A stretch of 38,049 nucleotides of DNA from Chiloscyllium plagiosum (taxonomy: Eukaryota): positions 40,523,273 to 40,561,321 of the forward strand of contig NC_057718.1 of the NCBI RefSeq assembly GCF_004010195.1, written 5' to 3'. Made by a program: the position numbers and the translations under genes. Each line of letters opens with the position of its first letter. Position 1 is the stretch's first letter. Under the pieces are notes generated by a model. That model was not told the DNA's origin, searched no databases, and was given only the letters and a program-made list of their open reading frames with translations. Below, one piece after another: positions 34,965 through 38,049 of this stretch.

Positions 34965-35961
34965 ATGATTGGTGTATTCCCTTCCTAGAGTCCTTCTTCC
35001 TCAATGGGAAATATCTTTGCTTTGATTCATGAAATATTTTCTTAAACATTTTCATTGTTCTTCAACCATCTTTTACATTGACTCCTTTCCTAGTCCATTC
35101 CAGCTCTGACCTCATCACAATGTAATTACTCTTATTTAAGTTCAGCACAAATGTTTCTCATCCAAGTTTCTCACTCTCAAATTGAATGCTAAATTCTATC
35201 ATGTTATGATCACTGTTCCCTAGAGGGTTCTTTAACTCTGAGATCATTTTTTACAACTACCTGTTTACACGTTATCAATTCCAAAATTGACTAATTCCTG
35301 GTTGGATCCACAATACATTTTACGAGGGAAGTGTCCCAAATCCACTCAATGAGTTCTTCCTCATGGCAACTTTGCAGATTGGAAAAATCAAAATGGCATG
35401 AAAATTAAAGTGACCCATGATTATGCCACATCACAGAACTTTTAATGCAACTGAAAATCCACTATCAGTTGTGTTTTATACTCTGCTTTATTTGGCATTT
35501 AATTAATTCTTGCAGAATCAGTCCAACTTTTGTTTTTAGCTTCTGAGGTTTTACGTCCAAATCTTTTCCTTTTCCAGCATGTTTAACTCCAGAGTTGCCT
35601 TTCACATTGTAATTTTTCCTGTGGGTGTTTCCCTATACCTAGATCTACATGTGTCTTCCAAACACATTTTAAGTCCTAACAAAATTGTTATTTCTCATCC
35701 ATTTGTAAACTCCCACCTGCATCCCTGCAGGATGAACAATAATGTTGCTGTCTATTGCTGTTCTCCTTCTCTCAGATGCTGGCAGAATAACTGTGTGAAT
35801 TTTCAGGGATATCTTTGATATCATTCCTCTTTCAAAGTCCATTTCCATGACAATGTGAATCACATTCTTTCCAGGTAGGACTGTTGTTTGGTTACCCTTG
35901 AGACACCAACACTCTTTTATCATGGGAAGTGACTTGATACTTGAGAGTGTTACTATTTACA

Positions 35962-36065
35962 GTTAAAAATCACACAACACCAGGTTATAGTCCAAACCTG
36001 TTGGGCTGGTGTTGTGTGATTTTTAACTTTGTCCACCCCAGTCCAACACTAGCACCTCCAAATCA
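35962..36065 (+). mobile_element. 104-bp fold-back PLE pLTR insertion (family C)
   Basis: 8-bp TSD tatttaca (35954-35961, 36066-36073); arms 35961-35983 / 36006-36028; 37-nt tail; homologous to 37697-37795. Confidence 0.8.
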
Positions 36066-36325
36066 TATTTACAACACAACAATATCAACACTTCTCTAGG
36101 ACTTCTGATATTTATGGTCTATCCACTGTTAGCACTTCATTCTCTCCAAGTACCTTCTTCCAAGTGAAGCGATCTGGGTTCTCTTCAGTCTCTAATAAGC
36201 AAACCACTCAGGCTGGCTGTCAGGCAGGTGACAGAACAGGTCACATTAACCTCTCCATAGTATTTACAATTAATGACACGCTCTCAAAACATATCGATCT
36301 TATAAATAATTGTAGCATTACTACT

Positions 36326-36581
36326 TAGAATCATAGAGTTGTTACAGCATGGAAACAGACCCTTTAGTCCAACTCATCTATGCCAATCAGATGTCCTAAA
36401 TTAATCCAGTCCCATTTACCAGCATTTGGCCCAAATCACTCTAAACCTTTCCTAATCATGTACCCACCCAGATGCCTTTTAATTGTAATTTTATCAGCCT
36501 CCACCACTTCCTCTGGCAGCTCATTCTACACACACACATACCACTCTCTGCATGAAAAAAAATGCCCCTTAGGTCCCTTTT
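36326..36581 (-). mobile_element. CR1/HER1 3' end, left part of a split element
   Basis: tagaatcatagag...cagcatggaaacagaccc tail; breaks at aggtccctttt. Confidence 0.9.
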
Positions 36582-36588
36582 ATTGTTC

Positions 36589-36783
36589 TTCATTGTTCTT
36601 CAACCATCTTTTACATTGACTCCTTTCCTAGTCCATTCCAGCTCTGACCTCATCACAATGTAATTACTCTTATTTAAGTTCAGCACAAATGTTTCTCATC
36701 CAAGTTTCTCACTCTCAAATTGAATGCTAAATTCTATCATGTTATGATCACTGTTCCCTAGAGGGTTCTTTAACTCTGAGATC
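36589..36783 (+). repeat. 195-bp identical copy of 35051-35245
   Basis: Base-by-base comparison shows no mismatch. Confidence 0.95.
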
Positions 36784-36784
36784 T

Positions 36785-37122
36785 GGGCGGCACGGTGGCA
36801 ATGGGCGGCACGGTGGCACAGTGGTTAGCACTGCTGCCTCGCAGCGCCAGAGACCCGGGTTCAATTCCCGCCTCAGGCGACTGACTGTGTGGAGTTTGCA
36901 CGTTCTCCCCGTGTCTGCGTGGGTTTCCTCCGGGTGCTCCGGTTTCCTCCCACAGTCCAAAGATGTGCAGGTCAGGTGAATTGGCCATGCTAAATTGCCC
37001 GTAGTGTTAGGTAAGGGGTAAATGTAGGGGTATGGGTGGGTTACGCTTCGGCGGGTCGGTGTGGACTTGTTGGGCCGAAGGGCCTGTTTCCACACTGTAA
37101 AGTAATCTAATCTAATAATCTA
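36785..37122 (+). mobile_element. Full-length HE1 SINE (tRNA-derived V-SINE) with duplicated 5' 16-mer
   Basis: gggcggcacggtggca at 36785 and 36803; A box TGGCACAGTGG 36814-36824; B box GGTTCAATTCC 36858-36868; V-domain; HER1-like 3' end; TCTAA tail; CpGs retained. Confidence 0.96.
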
Positions 37123-37508
37123 AATATTTCCCCTCTCACCTTTAAACCTATGTCCTCTAGTTTTGAACTCCCATACCACACAATTTACCCTATCCATGCC
37201 CCTAATGATCTTATAAATCTCCATAAGGTCACCCCTCAATCTCTAATGCTCCATGGAAAATAACCCCAGCTTCCTCAGCCTCGCCCTGTAGCTTAAAGCC
37301 CCTCATCCTGGCAACATCCTTGTAAATCATTTCTGAACCCTTTGAAATTCAACCACAACTTTCATATAGTAGGGAGACCAGAATTGAATACAATATTCTA
37401 AAAGTGGCCTAACTAATATCGTGTATAACTGCAACATGACCTCCCAACTCCTATACTCAATGCACCAATAAAGGTAAGCATACCAAATGCTGCCTTCACT
37501 ATCCTACC
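37123..37508 (-). mobile_element. CR1/HER1, right part of the split element
   Basis: Resumes at aatatttcccctctcacc, contiguous with 36581 by comparison with 22997-23030. Confidence 0.9.
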
Positions 37509-37696
37509 TTGCCAAGTAAACCATTCTGCTTCACCAGCTTGATTGCATTTATAATGTCATAGAGTTGTACAGCATGGAAAAGACCCTTTGGCACAACTTC
37601 TGCCTAAAACCTTTAAGTTGTATCCCACTGGTTTAAGTGCCATCGGCATATGGGAACAGATTCTGTTTGTATGCCTTATCTAAACTTCTCATACCC

Positions 37697-37795
37697 TGGT
37701 TTGGAGGTGCTGGTGTTGAACTGGGGTGTACAAAATTAAAAATTGCACAACACCAGGTTATAGTCCAACAGGTTTATTTAGAAGCATTAGCTTCC
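37697..37795 (-). mobile_element. PLE pLTR fragment (family C)
   Basis: Reverse complement matches 35995-36065; ends at attagcttcc. Confidence 0.75.
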
Positions 37796-38049
37796 GACCT
37801 TTACACCGCTGAGGCTAAACGCCAGCTCGCGGACACCTCCTCCTACTGTCCCCTTGACCATGACCTCACCTCCCACCACCAAACCATCATCTCCCAGACC
37901 ATCCATAACCTCATCACCTCAGGGGATCTCCCATCCACCGCCTCCAACCTCATAGTCCCACAACCCCGCACCGCCCGTTTCTACCTCCTGCCCAAAATCC
38001 ACAAACCTGACTGCCCCGGCCGACCCATTGTCTCAGCCTGCTCCTGCCC
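37796..38049 (+). mobile_element. Penelope-like reverse transcriptase ORF fragment, open to window end
   Basis: DLYTAEAKRQLADTSSYCPLDHD...PQPRTARFYLLPKIHKPDCPGRPIVSACSC; PKIHK...RPIVS is the PLE RT signature; no stops. Confidence 0.93.

Larger units (their letters stand above)
33553..35425 (-). mobile_element. Old CR1 LINE, RT to endonuclease part
   Basis: FQKAFDKVPH, QHGFMMGKS and IMGHFNF on the minus strand; interrupted by an HE1 and a PLE insert. Confidence 0.8.

Noticed and set aside
36803..36875. tRNA gene
   Set aside because: The A and B boxes belong to the HE1 SINE head and run into the V-domain and LINE-like tail.

Overview
Repeat-dense vertebrate genomic DNA, most likely a shark (inferred from HE1 V-SINEs with (TCTAA)n tails and HER1/CR1 LINEs). 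I found no host-gene exon, and most track ORFs are transposon fragments or antisense noise. The window holds many CR1 LINE pieces, three HE1 SINEs plus an older HE1-like piece, L2/Crack-like and Rex1/Babar-like LINEs, a Vingi/Ingi-like LINE, a Gypsy integrase relic, a probable Harbinger Myb/SANT relic, and Penelope-like element (PLE) RT and GIY-YIG fragments. Two signals stand out. First, short, mostly TSD-flanked fold-back PLE pseudo-LTR (pLTR) insertions from about five sequence families; several carry minimal hammerhead ribozyme cores (one intact, 32665-32704) and most share a ~34-39 nt unpaired tail. Second, four templated insertions that match nearby DNA, including an identical 195-bp copy fused to the 5' end of a young HE1 SINE. 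All family calls come from reading motifs by eye; no database search was run, and ends of decayed elements are approximate.
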